Assembly: GCA_036339735.1 (NCBI GenBank)
Contig: JAYZAL010000004.1
Location: 1 to 41,451 of the forward strand
Length of the DNA stretch: 41,451 bases
Direction: 5' to 3'
From: Candidatus Poribacteria bacterium
GTDB lineage: Bacteria > Poribacteria > WGA-4E > UBA9662
Both the position numbers and the translations under genes were made by a program. Below, piece after piece: positions 9,304 to 18,875 of this stretch. The notes below the pieces were generated by a model. That model saw only the letters and a program-made list of their open reading frames with translations, was not told the DNA's origin and did not search any database. Every line of letters begins with the position of its first letter. The stretch's first letter is position 1.

Positions 9304-10694
9304 TGAATTTTAAAATTTTTGCTTTCTAATCCATAGCGATTCATTCTACTTTGTAGACGTCGGCGGGACATTCCTAAGAGTCTAGCTGCTTTTGTTTGTA
9401 CTCCACCGGTCTGATGAAGTGCAGCTTCGATGTAAGACCTAATAATCCCTTCTAGGGAAACTCCATTTTGCGACAAATCAATTTTCAAATCGACAGGTGG
9501 TATGGTTTGGTCGAAAATCTCATCTGGTAGGTCTTGGGTGGTGATTTGGTCGCTTTCTGACATTAGATAAGTTCGTTTGAGACAGTTTTCCAGTTGTCGA
9601 ATGTTACCAGGCCAATTACAATTCTCCAGAGCTAATCGAGCAGAAGTATTGATTGTTTTTGAATTTACCATAGGATACTCCTGACCAAATTTGGCTAAGA
9701 AATGGTCTATTAGTAGGTTGATATCTGTTCGTCTTTCCCGTAATGGTGGCAAATGCAGTGGGATAACATTTAATCTAAAATAGAGATCTTCCCTGAATTG
9801 TCCTTGTTCAACAGCTTGGATTAGGTCTGTGTTGGTAGCAGCAATGACACAAACATCGACCTGTCTACCTTCTACTGAACCGACACGAAAAACTTGTTGG
9901 TCTTGTAGAATTCTCAGGAGTTTGCTCTGAATGTTCAAGGAAATATCGCCAATTTCATCCAAGAATAATGTTCCGCCATGGGCAGTTTCAAACACGCCCG
10001 GTTTATCTTGGTCGGCTCCAGTAAATGCACCTCGAACATGGCCGAAGAGTTCACTCTCGGCTATTTCGTTCGGAATAGCATGGCAGTTCACAGCTACAAA
10101 ACGCTTTTTGGCTCTCGGGCTGTAGTCATGTAGAGCACGAGCGACTAAATCTTTACCCGTTCCGGTTTCTCCGGTTATGAGTAGCTGGTTAGCACCCAGA
10201 TCGACAATCCGATGCATTGTTTTTAAAAGATCTCGCATGGATTGACTTTGCCCAATTATATTCCCAAAATGAGCACTAGGATAACAGTCTTCATCTTCGA
10301 TTACTTGTTCTGACTCATGCACTTGTAGTGATTTTTTCGTCAGAGCTCTCTTAATTTCCTTCTTCAATTCCATCGTGTCAATTGGCTTTTCAAAATAGTA
10401 AAATGCGCCCTCATGCGTAACTAATCGAATCGCATCTTGTAATTCTGCGAAGGCAGTCACTATTAAAACGGGTAGTTTGGGCCACTTTTTTTGAATCGAC
10501 TTTAGTAAGTCGCGACCTGATATTCTACCCATTCGCATATCGCTGATGACTAAATCGAATAAATTTTTCTCTAAAAGTTCTAGTGCTTGTTGACCACTTG
10601 AAGCAGTCATGCAATCGTAATTTTCTTTTTTCAGAATTCGTTGCAAAATAGTACGTTGATTTTGATCGTCATCGACAATTAAAATTTTCGTCAT
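9282..10694 (-). CDS. sigma54-dependent NtrC/AtoC-family response regulator
   Basis: Receiver ILIVDDD..ISDMRM, Walker A GETGTGKD, intact [34 protein letters not shown], Fis-type HTH. Confidence 0.96.
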   Translation of the reverse strand: MTKILIVDDDQNQRTILQRILKKENYDCMTASSGQQALELLEKNLFDLVISDMRMGRISGRDLLKSIQKKWPKLPVLIVTAFAELQDAIRLVTHEGAFYYFEKPIDTMELKKEIKRALTKKSLQVHESEQVIEDEDCYPSAHFGNIIGQSQSMRDLLKTMHRIVDLGANQLLITGETGTGKDLVARALHDYSPRAKKRFVAVNCHAIPNEIAESELFGHVRGAFTGADQDKPGVFETAHGGTLFLDEIGDISLNIQSKLLRILQDQQVFRVGSVEGRQVDVCVIAATNTDLIQAVEQGQFREDLYFRLNVIPLHLPPLRERRTDINLLIDHFLAKFGQEYPMVNSKTINTSARLALENCNWPGNIRQLENCLKRTYLMSESDQITTQDLPDEIFDQTIPPVDLKIDLSQNGVSLEGIIRSYIEAALHQTGGVQTKAARLLGMSRRRLQSRMNRYGLESKNFKIQINNPTE

Positions 10695-10710
10695 TTAATT
10701 TTCTCTGAAC

Positions 10711-12207
10711 TTAGGATGATGGGACCCTGAAAGATACGGTAAAGGTTGTGCCCATACCGACTTGGCTTTGTACCTCGATTTGAGCTTGGTGCGCCTTGAT
10801 AGATTGATGTGCAATAGCTAACCCAAGACCGATGCCACCTTCATTCTCACGTGTGGTGAAGTAAGCATCAAAAATACGCTCTTTTATACCATTAGCAATA
10901 CCCACACCAGTATCTCGAATTTGCAACACGACTCTTGAGTCAATAGTAGATTTTTTTAACTGTGTTGACACAAACAGACGACCTCCTCTTGGCATTGATT
11001 GAATACCATTCTGCATCAAATTAACTACTACTTGTCGAATAAGTGTGGCGTCAATATTAATGTCTGGCAGATATGGCGCCATTTGCTCAACGATTTTAAC
11101 ACAGGCTTCCTCAGACATTAGTCGTATCCCCAAGATAACTTCAGTTATTAAGCGGTTAATAGATGTTAGTTCCAAGTTTAGCTTTGGTGGACGGTTCAAA
11201 GCTAAAAAATGATCACAGGTTTGTCGTAAAACTTGAGTTTCGTTGTGAATTATTTGCAATGTATCTCTAGCTTCGTTAACGTCTTCGCTGTTAACATTCG
11301 GTTGAGAAAAAATGACTTGCAAAAGCTGAGTAGACATACCAATTGTATTTAATGGGTTACGTATTTCGTGGGCAGCACCAGCAGCGAATTGTCCTAGAGC
11401 GTCTAGGCGTTTCTGGTGAGAGGCTTTTAATTCTTTTAACATTCTCACTAACGCAAATGTAGCTTCACCAATATCTCCTGCTTGGTAAGATAATTGCAAA
11501 GATGGAAGATCGTCAGCCTCGGCAAATCGAACAATTTGTGTGAGTTGTTCCAACGGTCGCAGAACTAATCGTACTGTAGTTACAACAATAACCAAGCAAA
11601 GTAGAAGAATAGTCGCAATAATCGCCCACAAATGTCGCCACCGAATGGATTGAACGTAGTGATTAGTATCAGGGGAAGAAAATAAAACTTGTATCACACC
11701 GGAAATGGTATTCTCATCTGAGTATTCGTTTAGCCAGTCGACTCGATATGGTACGATGATTTCACTCCCATAGCCTTTTTCAGGAAGTTCAACCATATTA
11801 TAAACTTGCATTGCCTTACGTTGAATTTCAAATAAATCAATTTCGGTGAAATTCATCAGGTGAGCTGGGGTCTTTCCCGCAACCAAACTAGCAGCAATTT
11901 TAGCGTTTACTCCATCAGTGACGTTTATGTCTACAACATGTGTCATTTCACTAGCTGTTGATTTTATTTGACGTAGAATTTCTTCAATTTTGGGTTGATG
12001 AAACCCTTGTTGTCGTTCAATCTCTTGCTCTACCTGAACACGGATTCTATCAGCAATTTGACGTAGCATAGCTCCATTCTCAACGTTCCGTAGATGTAAA
12101 CGACGCAAGTCCCTTTGACCAGCAAAATCGTTTATTAAGTAAAATGTTCCCAATATCACTAAAACAGATACATTGATGATCAGGGCATATTTCCACTGTA
12201 GTTTCAT
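10711..12207 (-). CDS. Membrane sensor histidine kinase, probable partner of the NtrC regulator
   Basis: Two TM helices around a periplasmic domain, HAMP-like linker, H-box AHEIRNPL, NLMQNG, DTGVGI, FDAYFTT, GIGLGL; 16 bp from the regulator gene. Confidence 0.95.
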   Translation of the reverse strand: MKLQWKYALIINVSVLVILGTFYLINDFAGQRDLRRLHLRNVENGAMLRQIADRIRVQVEQEIERQQGFHQPKIEEILRQIKSTASEMTHVVDINVTDGVNAKIAASLVAGKTPAHLMNFTEIDLFEIQRKAMQVYNMVELPEKGYGSEIIVPYRVDWLNEYSDENTISGVIQVLFSSPDTNHYVQSIRWRHLWAIIATILLLCLVIVVTTVRLVLRPLEQLTQIVRFAEADDLPSLQLSYQAGDIGEATFALVRMLKELKASHQKRLDALGQFAAGAAHEIRNPLNTIGMSTQLLQVIFSQPNVNSEDVNEARDTLQIIHNETQVLRQTCDHFLALNRPPKLNLELTSINRLITEVILGIRLMSEEACVKIVEQMAPYLPDINIDATLIRQVVVNLMQNGIQSMPRGGRLFVSTQLKKSTIDSRVVLQIRDTGVGIANGIKERIFDAYFTTRENEGGIGLGLAIAHQSIKAHQAQIEVQSQVGMGTTFTVSFRVPSS

Positions 12208-12412
12208 AAAACCAGGGATGTAGCTAAATTATTATCATATGCATATTAAGAATTAGTATAGCATAGGATCAATTTATCAATTATGAACATCTGTAGGCTG
12301 GTTAGAATTTACTTGAGAAAAATAGATCAAATAAGATATGCTCAAGAATGTATATAAGGTAACTAAATCCATAAGCTTTTTAATTTTTGAAAACTTGGAA
12401 CACTAGACCAAA

Positions 12413-13369
12413 ATGGACATTCAGATCATTCAACCAACCCCAAAAAAAGTAGTTCAAACAGATGAAAATAATCAAGCCGGTGTCGACTTGTATGGGAACA
12501 TAAAACATCATAAAGTCGAAGATGTTAAGATCGAAGTTATGTCAGATAGTGATTGTCACCAAACTTTAGAAATTGGGAAAGATGGCAGTTTTTCGGGGGT
12601 AATTCTTCTACCTGTCGGTTGGCATAAGCTCACTTTTAAAGCTATTCAAGAGGGAATTATAATAAAACAAATCCAAATTGATCAAATTGGTGTGGGTGAA
12701 GTTTTTGTTACTGCAGGTCAATCTAACTCGGCTAATCATGGGTACCCGTGCCAAGAAACAACTTCTGGTAATGTAATGGCTTTGGGGTTAGAAGGGTGGC
12801 AGGTGGCCAACGATCCACAACCAATTGCCACGGGCGAAGGTGGCACACCATGGCCTCTCTTAGGTGATCAGTTAAGCCAAAAATTAAGTCGGCCAATCGG
12901 TTTTGTCTCGGTAGGCTGGGGGGGGACAACAGTAAATCAGTGGCAGCCATCGATCCAAGATGGTCTCTATTCACGATTAAGGGCAGTATTAAAACAACTC
13001 CGGCCCAATGGCTTAAGAGCCATTTTATGGCATCAAGGTGAGTCGGATACCATACTTGGGACTTCATCAGATGAATATGCTAACAGGATGGAAAAAGTTA
13101 TTCGTCAATCGGAAATGGACATTGGTCAATCCGTGTCATGGTTTATAGCCGAGGTCTCTTATATTGGACCTGATCATCAACACAAACAGACTGAGATTAT
13201 CAATGGACAAAGAAAACTCGTACGAAGAGGTTTAGCCGCAGCAGGACCTACGACAGATGACTTAATTGGTGAACAATATCGTTACGATAGTATTCACTTT
13301 GGCCAGGTAGGACTGGAAATACACGCCCAAAAGTGGGATGCATGCCTTAGCCGTTATTTTGGGTGGTAG
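12413..13369 (+). CDS. Sialate O-acetylesterase (SASA/DUF303, SGNH) family carbohydrate esterase
   Basis: GEVFVTAGQSNS, GWGGT, LWHQGESD, DSIH catalytic motifs. Confidence 0.88.
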   Translation: MDIQIIQPTPKKVVQTDENNQAGVDLYGNIKHHKVEDVKIEVMSDSDCHQTLEIGKDGSFSGVILLPVGWHKLTFKAIQEGIIIKQIQIDQIGVGEVFVTAGQSNSANHGYPCQETTSGNVMALGLEGWQVANDPQPIATGEGGTPWPLLGDQLSQKLSRPIGFVSVGWGGTTVNQWQPSIQDGLYSRLRAVLKQLRPNGLRAILWHQGESDTILGTSSDEYANRMEKVIRQSEMDIGQSVSWFIAEVSYIGPDHQHKQTEIINGQRKLVRRGLAAAGPTTDDLIGEQYRYDSIHFGQVGLEIHAQKWDACLSRYFGW

Positions 13370-13590
13370 GCCAAGGAAGAGACATTTAGTAATGAAAAAA
13401 AGAAAACTGCCACCAAATAGAGATCCTTTATAGCACTGATAAAAATATATGAGAGAGCTTTTTGCTTTATAAATATATATACAGTTATAGATTTTAGATA
13501 GTCTATTCATCTAATTTATTAATAATGTCTGGCAAAATCAATTGTGTTACAGTTTGACATTTTTCCTATGAACCTTCTGATCTAAAATAA

Positions 13591-16500
13591 GTGAACACCA
13601 CAACCAATCTGATCTTGGGCAAAATTATACACGAGGTGGAATCACGCTTGTCATTAGCAAGTCTCCATTTGCAGCAAGCAAAGATCATTTCTGGCTTAGT
13701 AATGGTCTTTGTATACACATTAGCTTTGGTGGTCATTTTGGGTTTAGTAGATTTGCTAATTCCGTTACCTTCTTTTGCAAGGTTTACAATCCTAATTTCC
13801 CTTGCTATGTTATTTGTCTGGTCCATTTGGTTTCGTGTGGTTGTTAATTGTATTCGATCATATGGCTCTATTAGTAGAACAAAGATATCCTCAACTGGAA
13901 GAAGATCGATTATCAGCACTTGTCCAAATAAGTCAGAATGAGCCTGAAGATGTTGTTCAACGTCAGATCTGGGATCGCTTAGCTAAAGACGTAGGAAGTG
14001 CTATCAATAATATAGATTTTACATCGGTTGTTGATCTACAATATCGGAACCGGATTATTTTTTCCGCAATCCTTCTTTTGATGGGTATCGGATTATTGGT
14101 AACGCACTTTCCAGAACAGACAGAGACTTCTAGCTGTCGTATCTTGATGCCTTGGCAACGAAGTTTACCGGTCTTAGCCACGCAGTTTTGAACCTGGTAA
14201 TGCCCGATTATTAAGAGGTAGTAGCTTACTGCTTAGTGTTAATACCAGTGGGTGCAGGGAAAAGCCTATTTATTATTGCTATTTTCCAAAATCTTGACCG
14301 AACCGAATCTCGTGTCAAGCAAAGTGAATCTTCAAGTGTGGAAGTTTTGTTGCACCAAACGATTGAAAACCAGTTTGCTTATGAACACCTCAATTTGCAG
14401 TCAGATTTCAGATATTACCTATTGATCGATGGGAGAAAATCTGAAATGTATACGGTGCGGGTTTTTGCCCCTCCAGTTTTAGTAAACATTGATGTCGACT
14501 ACCAATACCCAACTTACACTGGGTTCCAACCCATAACCCAATATAACAATGGCAATCTAGAAGGAGTTGATGGTACTTTCGCTACCATTCGATTATTAAC
14601 TATAAATTAAAAAATAGCCAATGCTAATATCCAATTCAACCCAAATAAGCCAATTCCGATTAAAATTTTGGATACTAACACTTTACAATACCGCTATCGT
14701 CTACGGCTAGACGAACACACTACTCAAGATCCAATCGAACAAACATACGAAATTAGAATAGAATGTGTGGATGTTTTTTCTAATAAAGAACCAATCAGTT
14801 TTACCAAATACTGGTAATGTCCGATAAAAAGCCAACAATTAAAATAACTGAGCCTAATCGGGACCTTCGTGTGACGCAGTTGTCTGAAGTGGTGATCAAA
14901 ACTGATATAGGAGACGATTTTGGGTTGTAATCGGTTCAGTTTTTACATCAAAGGTGTGGCGGAAAAACTGTGGTTCTCGAACCTGAATCGAGCGATGAAT
15001 GGAACTTTAACGTGCAAATAAGTAAAAGGCGACAAAGACAAAAGTATGCTCTGCAACTCGAAAAACTTGACCTTTCTAGTGATGATGTGATCACCTATTC
15101 AATTTTAGCACTTGACACCTTGAATCAACCTATTTATTCAAATATTTATTTTATCGAGATTAAACCACTGAACGAAAAATACCAAAATAGAACTGGATAC
15201 TTGACTGGATTAATAGTTGATGAGTCGTTGTTGGAATTAGTTAAGGAGCAGAAAAATGTTATTCGGCAAACGTGGAAATATATATTATTTAACTTCCCCA
15301 AAAATACATCAGTTCAAACAATCAAAAGAGAACAAAGCACAATACAAAAAAACAACAGATATTAAAGAAAATTAAGCGCTCCACGGTAGCTCTAACTGTT
15401 GAACCAGAGGTATTATTACTAATAGGAGAAGCCTGTGAGAAAATGAAAATAGTGATTGATCAACTCGCCAATAACCGACTACAGTCAGCATTAATCTCCC
15501 AACAGTCTGCTTTGGAAAGACTAGCCAAATCTACTACAAAGTTGAAAACGCTAAAAACTTACGCAAAAAAATGGGATATGGCTGGCTATTTTGAGCTAGA
15601 AAAAATAAGTCATTCACAAGGTCAGCTAGAAGCAATTCAGCCTACTGAAGATTCGCAAATTCAGCAACAATTACAGGTATTGTTACATGCGGTTCGCAAA
15701 AAACAACAACAACAAACTCTGACTGAGTTGTATCAGGATTTAGCTCAACAATTGACCAAATTAGCATTCGATGAGCAGAATATTACGAAGAGAACCAACC
15801 AGCACCAACTAAATCTGGCTCAAATAACCCAAGATTTAGTTGGTCAAATGCCTATTGGATCTGAATTTTTGTCCAAAAAACAAATTCACCAATCCTTCAG
15901 GTTACATCTAAAATCAATGGCTAAACTGCAGAGTCGAGTTGCACAAGAGATCAATCGATCTCAGATTCGGATGGCACTAGCTTTCGCTACAAAAGCCGGG
16001 GATAAACTAGAAGAAGTAGTACAACAATTAGAGCAAATTCAAATTCAGCAAGTCCAAAAGGCATTAGAACAGGTGCAAGTTGAACTTTGCAACCTAATGG
16101 AACGGCAGAAATGGCTACAGGAATGGACAGCCAGTTTTGATCAAGCGGTATCTCATCAAGGGCAAAATGACTACTATCCAAATTTATATGATAGTAAGAA
16201 ACCTATAGAATTGACCCAAAACCAAATTTACATTCAAAAAAAATAACGATATTGAATACCGTCTGTCCAACCTCCAGGAAAATATGGAACAAAGTAAACA
16301 GACTGAAGCGCCCCAATCAGTTTCGAAAACAATTGAGCGATTATCCCAAGGTGGTATTCAGGAAGTGACAAGCAAAATCCAAATAGACTTGGGTCGAAAT
16401 AAATTTGATGAAGCCCAACAAAATCAAGGTCAAATCGTTGTTTCTATGGGAATAGCTGTCGAATATCTTTACCAAGCAGAAGAAAAAATGATTCAAACCA

Positions 16501-16783
16501 ACTTAAAAAGCCAATGAAAAGTCTATGTCTATCCTCATGGTTGTCGAAAGAGTCTAGCCGATTGCTATTGGAAGCAGTAAACTCTTTGTGCCAAATTTCA
16601 GATAGTAAACTATCTGTTAATGGCGAGCTTATTATTAACAATATCCGTCAAGTCAAGCAACTTCTAAATCTTCGGTTAGCAAAGATCAGAAGAAGAGAGA
16701 ATTTATCTCAGCTATTAGCAGGTAAAGTAGATGTTGAGTATTGTCACCCTGTCAAACAATATTACGAGGAGATTTCCCGTTGA
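13591..16783 (+). pseudogene. Fragmented DUF4175-like membrane-anchored coiled-coil protein
   Basis: Successive frames give 2 TM helices, EQRYPQLEEDRLSAL, a TM helix, EPGNARLLRG, PP..YQYPTYTG, DKKPTIKITEPNRD..DDFGL, a Q/E-rich coiled coil and the VEY..VKQYYEEISR terminus. In-frame TAA at 14608 and 14928, plus several frameshifts. Confidence 0.75.
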
Positions 16784-17604
16784 GTAAGAGAACAAAAGTA
16801 GGTTTAACCTCTTCCCAAAGACTACACTTTGATATTTATGGTTTTGTCGTTCTAAAGCAGGTACTAACCAAAAATGAGATTAGAGAACTTTATCAATCGC
16901 TGCAGTTAGCAAAGTCAATGATTGATAAAGGTTCTGAACTTTCTCCTATCTATACTCATCGTATCGGGAAACATCATATACTGATGGGTAACTTAATCCA
17001 GTACCATAAATCATTATTAGACTATGCGGTTCATCCTAAATTGATTCCATTGGTTGAGGATGTTGTGGGTGGCGAAGTACGACTGGAAGAAACCGAAGCC
17101 ATCATTAACCGAAGAGACCCAGAAAAGAACCCTCCTAAAGTAAATTTGCAAAGATATCAACCAACAGCTTTTCATCGAGGTACCAAACATGGTTGGGGGA
17201 CATATATCGAACAAGACAAGTTTCACTGTGTGTTTGTTAAAACCTTAGCTTATCTAACTGATGTAGGACGAGATGACGGTGGAACTACTCTAATTCCTGG
17301 GAGCCACAAATTAACTTGGCCCGAAAAAGATATAGTTGAAGCCGCACTAGCAGACGATAATCTTCTTTATCAAATTGAAGCCAAAGCTGGTGATATATTA
17401 TTATTTGCTGAATCATTGATTCATAGTACTACTGCTATTCGTTCTGAAAATGAACGAACAATTTTAGTTGCTGGTTATACACCGACTATGTTTCAGCCTT
17501 GGCCTGGGAATGAGGTCGACCCTGAATTTATCGCCTCACTACCGCCGGAAATTCAGCCTATTATATCTGGTAGCTCCAGCTGGCACTGGCGACGTAATTA
17601 TTAA
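16780..17604 (+). CDS. Phytanoyl-CoA dioxygenase (PhyH)-fold Fe(II)/2OG enzyme with an HxG motif
   Basis: FDIYGFVVLKQVL, YLTDVG..DGGT.LIPGSHK, AGDILLF.E.LIH..ER; iron motif FHRG. Start placed at TTG 16780 (GAGGAG at 16766-16771) rather than 16741. Confidence 0.88.
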   Translation: MSKRTKVGLTSSQRLHFDIYGFVVLKQVLTKNEIRELYQSLQLAKSMIDKGSELSPIYTHRIGKHHILMGNLIQYHKSLLDYAVHPKLIPLVEDVVGGEVRLEETEAIINRRDPEKNPPKVNLQRYQPTAFHRGTKHGWGTYIEQDKFHCVFVKTLAYLTDVGRDDGGTTLIPGSHKLTWPEKDIVEAALADDNLLYQIEAKAGDILLFAESLIHSTTAIRSENERTILVAGYTPTMFQPWPGNEVDPEFIASLPPEIQPIISGSSSWHWRRNY

Positions 17605-17648
17605 AAAATCACAAGAATAAAATAGAAATTAATTTGGAAGGTAAAAAG

Positions 17649-18875
17649 ATGCTAGAGGAACTAACAGTTGTTGTCGATGGACAAATTTATGCTCCGGAAA
17701 TACTTGATCAAAAAAATATTTTCATTGAAGGAGGAAAAATTAAAAAAATCTCGACAGATAAACCTCCTAACCACGCAAAAATTATAAATGCTGATGGGTT
17801 GTTGGTAATACCCGGCTTAATAGATGCTTTGGTGCATGGTGGTGGCGGGCGACACACGATGACTGGCGATCCGGCAGATATTGCTCATATTGCACGCACT
17901 CACGCTAGGCACGGAGTTACTTCTGTGCTGATGGCGACTTCATCAGCTAAAATGGAAGAAATTGAGGTTTCTTTAGCTGCAATTGCTCATATTGTCGATA
18001 ATCCAATAAAAAATGGAGCTAACGTGTTGGGGGCCTATGTAGAAGGTAAATTTGGCTGTTTAGAAAAATGTGGAGCACAAAACCCCGACACGATGAGTCC
18101 ACCTAATTTTGAAGAGCTTCACCGAATGTGGGAGCATTCTGACGGAACCTTGAAGGTAATTTCCATCGCACCTGAAAGGGACCCTGGTTTGGCTTTCACC
18201 AAACACTTGTCTGACCAATCAGCAGAAAATTATAATGATATAGTCGTTGCTTTGGGACATACTAATGCTAGTTATGATTTGGCAAAATCTGCTATTGATA
18301 GTGGAATCACAAGGGCCACTCATACTTTTAATGGTATGAGTGGAATGCACCACAGGCAATTGGGTGTTCTAGAAGCAGTGCTTGCAAGCAACAGTATTCA
18401 CGCAGAGCTGATTTGCGATGGTCACCACGTTGCTCCAATCTGGGGTAAAAACCTGATTAGAATAAAAGGAGAGGAAAATGTAGGTTTAGTGTCTGATTGT
18501 TTAGAATTTGCAGGTATACCCGCCGAACAATGGCAGCAAGACTTCATTTGGCACCCCGAAATTAATGCTTGGCAGTCAAGAAAAGAACCTGAACGTTACA
18601 TTCGGAATGGTGCTATGTGGAATGATGTTGGAACTGAGGTGGAGACTCTATACGGAAGCAAAATTACTTTAATGGAAGGATTACGAAATGTAATCAGCTG
18701 GGGTATCCCATTAAATAAAGCAGTCATGATGGCAACTCTTACTCCAGCCCAGAATCTGCGAATCGATAACAAAAAAGGATCCATAAGTGAAGGCCGGGAT
18801 GCTGATTTAGTTTTACTCACCCCAAACTTAGAAGTACAGTCAGTTTTAGTCAATGGTCAATCAATTGAAATTTAA
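17649..18875 (+). CDS. nagA: N-acetylglucosamine-6-phosphate deacetylase family amidohydrolase (divergent)
   Basis: PGLID..VHGGGG, VEG, IAPE, LGHTNA, ATHTFNGM, ICDGHHV, LVSD, GRDADLV. ATG at 17649 is preceded by GGAAGG; alternative TTG start at 17634. Confidence 0.8.
   Translation: MLEELTVVVDGQIYAPEILDQKNIFIEGGKIKKISTDKPPNHAKIINADGLLVIPGLIDALVHGGGGRHTMTGDPADIAHIARTHARHGVTSVLMATSSAKMEEIEVSLAAIAHIVDNPIKNGANVLGAYVEGKFGCLEKCGAQNPDTMSPPNFEELHRMWEHSDGTLKVISIAPERDPGLAFTKHLSDQSAENYNDIVVALGHTNASYDLAKSAIDSGITRATHTFNGMSGMHHRQLGVLEAVLASNSIHAELICDGHHVAPIWGKNLIRIKGEENVGLVSDCLEFAGIPAEQWQQDFIWHPEINAWQSRKEPERYIRNGAMWNDVGTEVETLYGSKITLMEGLRNVISWGIPLNKAVMMATLTPAQNLRIDNKKGSISEGRDADLVLLTPNLEVQSVLVNGQSIEI

Noticed and set aside
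13530-13545. TGGCAAAATCAATTGT as a second sigma54 promoter
   Set aside because: No GC at the -12 position with the required spacing.
13591-16783. Stop-codon recoding or programmed frameshifting to explain the broken gene; or seven separate small genes
   Set aside because: TAA ends normal genes throughout the window, the lesions are many and of mixed types, and the fragments are colinear parts of one protein.
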